From assembly GCA_030141605.1 (NCBI GenBank), contig JAQGDQ010001976.1, positions 1 through 18,930 of the forward strand: DNA of 18,930 bases. The letters are read 5' to 3'. The notes beneath the pieces were generated by a model, which had not been told where the DNA came from, made no database searches, and saw only the letters and a program-made list of their open reading frames with translations. Made by a program: the position numbers and the translations under genes. This document shows positions 10,601 to 18,930 of the stretch, one piece after another (positions within the stretch are counted from its first letter, which is position 1; each line of letters opens with the position of its first letter). This DNA comes from Tubiluchus corallicola (Eukaryota; Animalia; Priapulida).

Positions 10601-13600
10601 ATTTATCCAGCCCGCGTTATTCTTTTTCTATGACTATTTCCTATTGACTTTTTCCGCAAGCTGTTCTGCAGATGTAAAACGCATCCACATCCACAAGGAG
10701 GTGTAAAACGCATCCGCATCCACAAGCAGGTGTAAAACGCATCCGCATCCACAAGCAGGTGTAAAACGCATCCGCAAGCTGTTCTCATTTGTAAAACGCA
10801 TTCGCATCCGCAAGCTGTTCTTCATGTATAAAGCATCCACATCCGCAAGCTGTTCTCAAATTCTAAAACGCATCCGCATCCACAAGTTACATAGACGCCA
10901 CTCTAAATGGCATCTCACTAGTGCACTTACTAGCCAAAATTTTTCTAACTATGATAGTACGATTACCAACTGATTTCAAATACTGACGACTTTCATGTAA
11001 CTAGACATACCCTTTTTAAAGCTGAGACGATTAACCATTTAACTGACCGCTAACTAATGTAACCATTTAGAAAACCATTCATCATTTAACCCTAGCCAAG
11101 TTTTCTACGTATCTGTATTGATGAAACCTTGTATCTTTTCTGTGATGGCGTACACAGTTAGCAATGTCTCGCTTACATAAAATTGTACTGTTTACACATT
11201 GTTTCAATTAATCTGGTTGCATCTAAACAGCAAATTGTAAAACGTTTTTCACTCGCATATGTTACAAAGATGTTGGACAGTCTCGCTGGCGCTTGCTAGA
11301 TTTGAACCACACCACTTGCTTGTGCAAGTCATGTGTATTCGATATTTTCTTATATGTATGACGTCATTGGGTACGGTTAACTGGTTAACTGTCCGCAATT
11401 ACATCCTAACCATCTCAACTCTAGTTTATATGTTAGTGCTTAATATAAATTGCAAACTTCATTATTTAGTGACTTATACTATGCACTGTTCGCTAACAGA
11501 TAAAATAATTGATTTTTTGTAGGTCATATTTCTCTAAAATCCTCTGAAGGTTTCAGTTCCAGACAGGGTTCCGGTGAAGGCCAGTTTCTACAAGGATCTC
11601 TGGAACGGGATAAATCGGCCGGCGGAAGCCGATCTGGATCACGGGATAATATCACAAAGTCGCACGACGAGCCGTGGGTTTACAATGCTGTCAACCGGAA
11701 CAGTTACCATAGCGATGCTTCCTCGAACAAGCACAATAATGTTAGTGCTCGTTTTTGTGAAAAATTTCCCAAAACGCGTAGCAAATTACGTTGTTACCAG
11801 AAATGTATCATTATCATTATAGTACCAATCTATATATAGAACATTAGGTCATTAGTACATACAACAGTTTATAGAGCCGATTCATATATTTACTTTAAAT
11901 TTATGAGCTTTTTACATAGTTATCAAAAAAGTATTTCTTATGATTATAAGTGCCAATCTATACATAAATCTTTTGAAAGAAGTTATTAGTACATATGACA
12001 GTCGATTTATACATTCGCTTTAATGTTCATGCAAGATAAACTATACCATGTATAATATCTGTTACTAAGCTGTGCACATACATGTCGTTAGTTAGTATAA
12101 AAACAGTTCCATCATTCTAGGCTGTAATTAAAATTTGTTTTCTGACCCAAAGCGTAAAGTTTAATTTTATTTTTATTTTGGAGAATTAGTTTTTGTAGTT
12201 GCAGTTAGTAATATTTTGCACCGTCACTCTCTATGTCTTAATTCACGATTAAGAAGATTTCCCATATTATTGTAGGTAAATGGAACACTGCAGAGTAATT
12301 CCAGTCATTCAAGCGGTGCTTCATCTGAGAAATGGTATGATACTTGTGACGACGCTGAGCTTAGTACAAGTTTCATGGGTTCGTTTCTTTATTGATGTTA
12401 TCTATACTTGAATAATGAATGAAAAATTACTTTTATTTTGGATTCTTTGTGTATGTGTTGAGACTTCACATCCATCTGCTGTCTTGTGGACATGTTAGCA
12501 CATGTTCCAATTATTTGTAAAAATCGACTCAGGAAATCTTCATAAATTTAAAATTCAACCCAGTTTTTTATTGAGGATTCTTTGTACAGTCAGTCATAAT
12601 CGTGATATTTAGACTTCGTTCTTCTTTTACATATTTCATAGTTTTCTTATTTTCAATTGTACAATTGTGGATTCACTTTTATGTTAGGAAGTATATAGCA
12701 AACTTATGATACTACAGCCAGGCTTACAATTATCATATGTTAAAAAAACTGCTGTAAACGTATTTACCAAGTACCTTCTTACACAAACATGCCTGGCTAT
12801 AGTATCATAAGTTTGCTAGATAATTCCTAATGTAAAAATGTTGTTTCGCCAAATATAACTTCTTAATTTGATCAGGTACTGAAACTTTACATATTGTAGC
12901 ACTGATTAAGATAACATAAAATTGAATCCACAATTCTACAATTGAAAATAAGAAAACTATGAAATATGTAAAAAAGCCGCGAAGTCTAAATATCACTATT
13001 ATGACTGACTGTACAAAGAATCCTCAATAAAAAACTGGGTTGAATTTTAAATTTTTGAAGATTTCCTGAGTCGATTTTTACAAATAATTGGAACGTATAC
13101 TAACATGTCCACAAGACAGCAGGTGGATATGAAATCTCAACACATACACAAAGAATCCAAAGTAAAAATTATTTTTCATTCATTATTCATGCTTTATATT
13201 TTTAGTGTAAAAATGTTGTTTTCCAATTAAATCTTGATTGATTTTATGTCATTGATGAATACATTAATATACTGAAACACATCAAATATAAAGGTTTCGG
13301 TAAACTTAAACTATTATTTTTTTGTCAGCATATAAACGAGACACTGTCACGCTAATTAATTGCAGACAAAGATAGCAGTGGCAGTAGTGGGCGTGGAAAT
13401 CGACCCAATCTCTCTCAACAAAAGCGCTCTTATTTGGAGGGAATAGCGCACGGGGGCAGTCCAACTCCGAAGACACCGGCTTCTCGGTATGTGTAAGTCG
13501 TGTTGAGTTGTTCCACTCGATTAGGAGTTTAAATTAAATTTAATTTCTGGTTCAGCTTGTCAGAGACTACTACTTCATGATGCCCAAAGTCAAAAAATTC

Positions 13601-16600
13601 ATGTCTGAGTAGCTTTATTATGTTTTATCTGTAAGAAAAATTATAACAAAATATAACAAACTAATTTAAGCAAGAAAAAGAAACAAAGAAATTAATAATA
13701 AAGTGAGAGTGAATAACCAAAATGAACTTACATCATGGCTCTACTACTCTTGACAAATAAATGGTTTAACTGAGATAAACAACAACAACAACAACTCTCT
13801 TAACCTGCCAACAGACCAGGCAAACTAGCTGTGTTAGTGAATATATTTACGTACCTAAATTATAGCTATGACGTCACAAATCACGTGTTTTATCTCCTGT
13901 ATTGTCTCAATTTGAATGGCATATAAAAAGAAATCACTAAACAACACGCGTGAGAATTTCAAATTTCAAAATTTTATCATTTGCCTAACTCATCTATTGT
14001 ATATACCAGGCATACTGTACGTGACGTGTCGTCCGGTATACGTCATTCTGGCAACGCGACCCGTCTCTCCCCTGCCGTTCTCAAAGCTCATACGACCAGC
14101 ACGTTTCAAGAAGACTTACTCCGTCTGATTGATCCAGATTTTCTGGCCGAGTCGGAAACCAAGGAAAACAAGGTGAGCTTAATTTGTTCTTTGATAAGAT
14201 GAGATAAGGTGAGGTGAGGTGAGGTGAGGTGAGGTGAGATGAGTTGAGATAAGATAAGATTTATTTTCATCGGTATGATATAAGCAGTACATATTTGTAG
14301 AGACATGAGCTTAAAGCTCGTCAAACGTTATCAAACATAATGTATAAGAGCGATAACATGGTAATAATATGTACTTCTTAAAATCTTTTGGATGCCACCA
14401 GTGGTATTGGTACAAGAAAAATTAAAACTACATGAAGACAGTTAAGAATTGAGACAGTAAAAATTTTAGGCAGTAACATTTTCTAAAATTTACACAAAAA
14501 GCTATCTAGGTCAATAAAAATTTTTCTGCCAACATTTCAGCATTTAATTACGACTTAACAAAATTGGGAAGTTCGCTGAATTTACAAATGGCACATTTAC
14601 ATGATATGCCAGTCCATGAGTTAATTAGACGTTTAAATTCCCCAAGATTTTCGGCCATTCGGAGACAGTTTGCTTTTTGTGGAGTCAAGTTTGCAAATGT
14701 TGCTGTTAAGCCACTGCTGCTTGTGCAAAACAACAAAATCTTGACAACAACACGGGACTGTTCTTTTTACAAACTGTTTTTTTTCAATTTTTCATTCCTG
14801 CCTTCTTCACCAACTGCAAAAATGACATCAGTAATATAGTACCTCTTGTCAGTAGCAATTTGTTTAGAAGAATTCTAATTTTCTGGTCATTTACTCATGT
14901 TTAGCGATTTGTGTGTTGAGATTTGTCGGGTTGGCCATGTCGTTTAAAACAATTTGTGAAAATAATGTCATAAATACAGATTTTGGTTATTTCAATCTTT
15001 TGAGGTCACAAATCTTAGCTCAATGAGAGTTTTCACAGTTTCGTTGTCAAAGGTTTCGTTGTGTTAAGTGTACCACAGCAATGTGTCTTAACTACGACCG
15101 TCATGTCGCATGCGTGGAAAGCAAAGCTATCTGCCACATCAGTTCGGTAACTTCACTTGCTTTACGTGGACTTCACGTAGTTTTTGCGTAGATTAATTTG
15201 CTAGTAGGATCTTGCTGGGGAACAAAAAAAATTAATTAGGTAAGGTTCTAGGTAACTGTGAAAATTGTTACTATGACAACAGCTTGGGCTGCGAGGTGCT
15301 GTCAAGTGTACACAAAACCTGGTTTACTGGTCTGGTTCACTTAATCTTTGATGTTTTCACGATCATCGTCAATCGCAGGAACTATGAAAATGCTTATTTT
15401 GCAGCTGGATTCTAATGGACTAACCTTCAGTGTGTTTGTTGTTTAGATAATCATGTGTGTAGTTAACTATTCGTGAATTATTTTCAGTCGGGTAACACAG
15501 AAGCGAGCAGACGAATGCAGCTTCTTCAACGGACATTATCGGACGAGAGCGTGAACAGACATGCATCTCCCAAACTCGGACGCCACGAACGTGCTTTTCC
15601 GAGCGACGTCTTATTCACCTCCGCTAAGCCCGCACAGGCGCCCTGTCATCGCGAACTGATGAGTAAGGAATCGAGGCTTTCACCTCGAGCTCTTACTGCA
15701 CTGCCATCTAGCGGGAAGCAAGGGAATAGTGGGCGAACCTCACGGGGCAGCGATAAGCTTGTCCTACCTCCACCAGATGAAGCTGCTGGATTAGATTGGA
15801 CCAACTTAGTGGAAACGGCTACTAAAGCTATACAAGGTACGACACGGTTTCCGTGGTAACTGAAGTTTTGTACCTAATGAATCAGTTTTTATTTTTTCAA
15901 ATTTTCATCATACTATTTTTATACTTTTTGTATTGTGTTCCAAAAACTTTTCTAACGAAATAAATTTTTGCAAGTATTTCTTAATGTGATGTCATAATTG
16001 AAGTGCTGCCCTCTATAGGAGCCGGTGTTACATTAGCTAACATGGAAGCGACCATTCCAGATGATATTCCCGTAAGAGATGTTCCAAAACGGGAAAAGGC
16101 TGCAATCGATTCTCATCTACCCGTCGTGCAAAGTTCCTCGTCGCCTGTTGTCTCAAACGATTACGATCGCAACGGAAACAAAACCAAGCTGTCGACGGCA
16201 ACGGCAAATCCGGAAAGACGGGAGGAACCTGTTGTCCATTCAACCCCGGTACCTAGTCATACGTACACCAGGTTCGTAAAAAGACTGAAAATTCATCTTT
16301 AGTTTGTCTGAAACAGCAGCGGTCATTGCTGGAGTATGTATGCTAGTCAAAGTTTCACTTGAAGCATAAGAGTTATAGTTAAAAGAACAATAATTTTCTA
16401 CTGTAGAATTCCATGGCTAAGAAGCTCGAGAAAAAAAACTTGATTTATAAGCAACTGTTGTGTGTTTAGGAAAATTCATTTTTAGACTGTTCGACACAGC
16501 AACCTGTTATTGCTGGAGTGTTTATGCTAATCAAAGTTTTACATGAAGTGTAAGAGTTGTAATTAAGAGGACAATTTTCTAGCATAGAATACCATGGCTA

Positions 16601-18264
16601 AGAAGCCCCGAGAAAAAAACTTGATTTATAAGCAATTGTTCTACATTTAGGTATGCCCTTGGTAAAAATATGGGAAAGCAGAGAGATTAGTCATCTTGTT
16701 TACTGTTTAGATGTATCATTTTATTAACAACTGTAAACGTTTTTCTGATGTTGAACAATAATTGTTGATTGTTGTTTTTTTGATACAGCTCACCCTGGCG
16801 GCCTACGAGTACGAATCCCACGCAACGAGTTCAAGAGTTAGAATTAAGAGTTGCGCAGCTGCAGCAACAGCTGAACAAGGTACTTAAAGCTCGTTTAGAT
16901 TTTATCAACACCTGCTAACAGGTGACAGTTGTTAACTTTTCGAGCGTTATTCGTTTATAGATAAGTGTGATGAGTTATGACTAGCATTTTTCTGTTAAAG
17001 CAGTGTGGTTTGTGTAGTAACTAAGCAGTTTTTCATTAAAATCGGGTGATTGGTTCGTTAGTTACTATTTATTGTTTCAGTAAGAGCTCTGTTACTGGTT
17101 TTTGTTTGAAAAGGTATTTTTGTAGCATCAGGTGCAAGCTGGTTTCGCTGTATTCAACTTACTTTTACAACATTTATGAAATGTGATAATGTCCAGGTGT
17201 CATATAATATCCTAGGTACACTTGATTTCATAATGTGTTTGCTAGCTTTGTTTAAACTGTTTGTTTCTGTCATACTTTTGTATGATAACGAATTTTTTAT
17301 TATGTCACGTGGTAAAATAAATATGATTTTATTAACTGTGTGCTTGCATACCAAAACCGTCCGCAAGTCGACATAACTACATTATGATGCTTCAAAGTAG
17401 AATGACCCAAAAAATTTGGTCAAATGTCAATTTTTTCTATTTTATAAAAACAAGCTAATATGTTGGACTTTTATGCATCAAATTATCAAGAAACTGTTTA
17501 AAAAACACTAAAATTTAATGTTATGACTCCTTACCTACTTTTTTGTCTGGGAACTAGTACTACAATTGTAAAAAACTCGTATTTTCAAACTTCAATAGAA
17601 GTTCATGAAAGCGGTCATTTTGCTTCCGGTTTTTTCTGTTGCCAAGTCCAGATCTTCATCAGGAAGAGCCATCTACTGGATTTGAACATAACTTCATTCT
17701 GTTCTTGCAAAGTCCATAGCAACTAATATTTTTCGGTTGCTAGTGTTTTGTAGAAACACGACAAAAAACAATGGCTAAGTTTAACAGGGATTGATTTTGT
17801 CAAGGTTATGTTTTTCAGTGCGTAGCCTGCATCTCAACTTCAACATGGATTATCTCAGCTTAGAATTAGCATAGAGTGATGAGCTTGGTATCAAAATGAT
17901 CCTCATGAAATGGAGATTCAGGATATGTGAAGAACTAGAAAAGGTTAATTACCGACTTATGGGCGATTTTGTTATGCAAACACACAATTATGAATTTTGA
18001 ACCTGCAGTGTAAAGACGATGACCGCGTACACGGTCAGTTCCGTGGTCAAGTTTTACTCCCCTGAGATTGTTGAAACAGTTTTTGCTCTTCCTCATTTTT
18101 TCTTCGATGTTTTTTTCCAGGAGCGACAGGATCGTGCGGAATTAGAATCCGACATGCAGCAGCTCAGACAAGAGAACATCCGACTTCAGGAAGAGTCGCA
18201 AACGGCGGCCGCACAGTTGCGTAAATTCACCGAATGGTTTTTCAATACTATTGACCGACAGTAG
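1476..18264 (+). CDS. SIPA1L1: SIPA1L/SPAR-family RapGAP (signal-induced proliferation-associated 1-like), 5'-partial spliced gene, 18 exons in window
   Basis: Manual splicing of 18 GT-AG exons keeps one frame (2712 nt, 903 aa + TAG). Recognised motifs: [20 protein letters not shown] (RapGAP), [13 protein letters not shown]...[12 protein letters not shown] (PDZ), [46 protein letters not shown]. The paralog number is nominal; this is probably a single invertebrate co-ortholog of SIPA1L1-3. Confidence 0.95.
2355..2461 (+). CDS. SIPA1L1: exon B: RapGAP, (S)[35 protein letters not shown]
   Basis: ttttctag acceptor, G|gtaggt donor, phase 2 in / phase 1 out. Confidence 0.95.
3165..3610. repeat. 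65-66-bp intronic minisatellite, ~6.5-7 copies
   Basis: cacattcagcatttttgctcatgttgctaaattacctttgttgtttaaaacc... recurs at 3185, 3250, 3315, 3380, 3446, 3511, 3577. Confidence 0.95.
3749..3883 (+). CDS. SIPA1L1: exon C: RapGAP end, (A)[44 protein letters not shown]
   Basis: catttcag acceptor, A|gtgagt donor; family motif [25 protein letters not shown]. Confidence 0.95.
4561..4670. repeat. 36-bp tandem repeat, 3 perfect copies
   Basis: aacatgttgattcgtgttgcaaataaacaatgattt at 4561, 4597, 4633. Confidence 0.95.
4715..4809 (+). CDS. SIPA1L1: exon D: (S)[31 protein letters not shown]
   Basis: atttcag acceptor, CAG|gtatgc donor, phases fit neighbouring exons. Confidence 0.9.
5278..5578 (+). repeat. 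43-bp tandem repeat x7 spanning the splice acceptor of exon E
   Basis: acgagtactcttgctaattttaRgttgaagatttcWgccaatc; gttgaag at 5301, 5344, 5387, 5430, 5473, 5516, 5559; the last copy is the real exon start. Confidence 0.96.
5559..5704 (+). CDS. SIPA1L1: exon E: [48 protein letters not shown]
   Basis: aatttcag acceptor, AG|gtaagt donor; family motifs IDCLLGIS and CRxVIGWT. Confidence 0.94.
5860..6205. mobile_element. degenerate hAT-like MITE remnant with TCGAAT/ATTCGA subterminal repeats
   Basis: Clusters of tcgaat/ttcgaa at 5870-5950 and 6120-6193; ends gctcagcccta (reverse complement TAGGGCTGAGC, hAT-like terminus); left terminus and TSD not found. Confidence 0.45.
6390..6507 (+). CDS. SIPA1L1: exon F: (S)[39 protein letters not shown]
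   Basis: tgtttcag acceptor, GAG|gttagt donor. Confidence 0.92.
6958..7733. mobile_element. non-autonomous Tc1/mariner-superfamily (Tc2/pogo-like) MITE, 776 bp
   Basis: Perfect 25-bp TIRs ccgtatatactcgcatataagccga (6958-6982 / 7709-7733); TA on left, TG on right; subterminal tataagcc(g/a)acc copies near 7025 and 7660; no transposase ORF. Confidence 0.88.
7305..7562. mobile_element. 258-bp hAT-type MITE nested in the Tc2-like MITE
   Basis: 13-bp TIRs cagt(t/g)gtgtattg with 1 mismatch; perfect 8-bp TSD gtgacaca at 7297-7304 and 7563-7570. Confidence 0.82.
8371..8508 (+). CDS. SIPA1L1: exon G: PDZ N-half [46 protein letters not shown]
   Basis: tttttcag acceptor, GAG|gttgat donor; GQLGF carboxylate-binding loop. 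Confidence 0.95.
8721..8836 (+). CDS. SIPA1L1: exon H: PDZ C-half [38 protein letters not shown]
   Basis: gttttcag acceptor, AG|gtgagt donor. Confidence 0.95.
9016..9132 (+). CDS. SIPA1L1: exon I: (R)[38 protein letters not shown]
   Basis: aatttag acceptor, GG|gtatga donor, phase 2/2; continues PRRGC. Confidence 0.85.
9577..9712 (+). repeat. degenerate telomere-like (TTAGGG/TTGGGA/TTAGGA) hexamer tract
   Basis: ggattaggattagagttgggatt...gggttagggttgg...ttagggttag, about 22 degenerate hexamers. Confidence 0.8.
9845..9936 (-). mobile_element. possible decayed tRNA-derived SINE head
   Basis: Minus strand has an A-box-like TAGTCCAATAG (9927-9917), an anticodon-loop-like CTTGTAA and a B-box-like GGTTCATCTCC (9883-9873); no intact acceptor stem. 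Confidence 0.3.
10098..10237 (+). CDS. SIPA1L1: exon J: (G)[46 protein letters not shown]
   Basis: attgcag acceptor, G|gtaagg donor, GC-rich open frame. Confidence 0.85.
10653..10886. repeat. ~29-36-bp tgtaaaacgcatccgcatccacaag array, likely subterminal repeats of a DNA-transposon relic
   Basis: tgtaaaacg at 10673, 10702, 10731, 10760, 10790 plus degenerate copies; followed by gacgccactcta (reverse complement TAGAGTGGCGTC). Confidence 0.8.
11523..11740 (+). CDS. SIPA1L1: exon K: (G)[19 protein letters not shown]...[11 protein letters not shown]
   Basis: ttttttgtag acceptor, AAT|gttagt donor, phase 1 in / phase 0 out. Confidence 0.83.
12276..12378 (+). CDS. SIPA1L1: exon L: [34 protein letters not shown]
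   Basis: ttgtag acceptor; resembles the SPAR TLSSNxSS...EKWYD motif; G|gttcgt donor (two weaker same-phase GTs lie just upstream). Confidence 0.83.
12409..13189. repeat. long inverted repeat (foldback/MITE-like), ~278-bp arms with ~225-bp spacer
   Basis: 12409-12686 is the reverse complement of 12912-13189 with scattered mismatches (e.g. aaattcaacccagttttttattgaggattctttgtacagtcagtcataat vs attatgactgactgtacaaagaatcctcaataaaaaactgggttgaattt). Confidence 0.93.
13366..13486 (+). CDS. SIPA1L1: exon M: (D)[39 protein letters not shown]
   Basis: ttgcag acceptor; donor CG|gtatgt (alternative in-frame end at 13492, gtaagt). Confidence 0.8.
14010..14172 (+). CDS. SIPA1L1: exon N: (R)[54 protein letters not shown]
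   Basis: ataccag acceptor, AAG|gtgagc donor; [10 protein letters not shown] resembles a SPAR C-terminal motif. Confidence 0.87.
14193..14260 (+). repeat. pentanucleotide microsatellite (GAGGT/GAGAT/AAGAT)n
   Basis: gataagatgagataaggtgaggtgaggt...gagataagataagat. Confidence 0.93.
15488..15836 (+). CDS. SIPA1L1: exon O: [21 protein letters not shown]...[18 protein letters not shown]
   Basis: tttttcag acceptor, G|gtacga donor; LxRTLSDES, DVLF and GLDWxxLV motifs of the SPAR C-terminal region. Confidence 0.92.
16019..16271 (+). CDS. SIPA1L1: exon P: (G)[15 protein letters not shown]...PVPSHTYT
   Basis: ctctatag acceptor (a weaker in-frame AAG ends at 16003), AG|gttcgt donor, phase 1 in / phase 2 out. 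Confidence 0.8.
16287..16651. repeat. diverged tandem duplication, 2 x ~183 bp
   Basis: gaaaattcat...ttgctggagt...ccatggctaagaagc...aaaacttgatttataagcaa...tttagg starting at 16287 and 16470. Confidence 0.9.
16789..16879 (+). CDS. SIPA1L1: exon Q: (S)[30 protein letters not shown], start of coiled coil
   Basis: ttttgatacag acceptor, AAG|gtactt donor, heptad pattern. Confidence 0.9.
17333..17990. mobile_element. aged non-autonomous TIR element, ~658 bp
   Basis: 38-bp inverted termini 17333-17370 and 17953-17990 match at 31/38 positions; superfamily unclear. Confidence 0.6.
18121..18264 (+). CDS. SIPA1L1: terminal coding exon R: [47 protein letters not shown]
   Basis: tttttttccag acceptor; family C-terminal signature RLQEESQ...LxKFTEWxFNTID; TAG at 18262-18264. 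Confidence 0.96.
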   Translation, partial: ERQDRAELESDMQQLRQENIRLQEESQTAAAQLRKFTEWFFNTIDRQ

Positions 18265-18451
18265 ATTAGTGGAGCTTGCTCTCAATGTATCCACGTGACA
18301 ACCGAAGAGAGAAGAAGAGAACTAAATCAATTATTGTTGTGTTTAAGTTTAAGTTTTGTGAATAGCTCATTGCAGTCAGGTGGACATCATATATGCAAAC
18401 CAAGGCAAACATATGTTGATATGTTTAAATAATAAGATATAACAACACAGT

Positions 18452-18668
18452 CAGTGGCGGCTCCTGTACAGGCACTGTGGAACTACAGACCCCCTCTTTT
18501 CACTCGATATTACCAATAACATTCAGTATAATGAGTCTTTTTTCTTTAATTCTTTCTTTATACTTGTACGGAACCAGAGCACATGACGGAACCGTACACT
18601 GGTTTATGCACTGTGCGATCACAACTCCAGCAATGTGGTGTTTGGCTGTTGTGTGCATGCGGCCACTG
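18452..18668. mobile_element. possible hAT-type MITE downstream of the stop codon
   Basis: cagtggcggc ... gcggccactg inverted termini (9/10); flanks aacacagt / agcacacg are only loosely similar. Confidence 0.35.
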
Positions 18669-18701
18669 AGCACACGTCTGAGATGAGATGCTTCACTTTA
18701 G

Positions 18702-18930
<229 letters not shown>

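Noticed and set aside
10603-10840. Cys-rich (CGCGC) metallothionein-like minus-strand ORFs
   Set aside because: Simply the translation of the GCATCC repeat array.
11574-11822. 82-aa + strand ORF
   Set aside because: Alternative frame of exon K; the phase-consistent frame is a different one.
14548-14839. Intronic 91-aa and 62-aa ORFs as a possible nested gene or transposase fragment
   Set aside because: No recognisable motifs, and flanking exons N and O already join in phase without them.
16037-16279. Overlapping alternative-frame and antisense ORFs
   Set aside because: Shadows of GC-rich exon P.

Overview
AT-rich eukaryotic (probably invertebrate animal) genomic DNA carrying the 3' portion of one intron-rich + strand gene, a SIPA1L/SPAR-family Rap GTPase-activating protein. 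I assembled 18 GT-AG exons (1476..18264) with consistent phases, 2712 nt = 903 aa + stop. They encode the C-terminal part of the RapGAP domain (HIGND catalytic Asn), a PDZ domain, a Ser-rich linker, SPAR C-terminal motifs and the terminal coiled coil. The 5' part of the gene lies upstream of the window. Introns contain tandem repeats and non-autonomous DNA transposons, including a hAT-type MITE nested in a Tc2/pogo-like MITE and a ~278-bp inverted repeat. The most striking observation is that two satellites are amplified copies of the gene's own exon/intron junctions. A 53-bp x26 array is the previous exon's last 17 codons plus the GT donor, and a 43-bp x7 array is the acceptor plus the first 20 nt of the exon at 5559. 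No prokaryotic systems, CRISPR arrays or intact transposases were seen.
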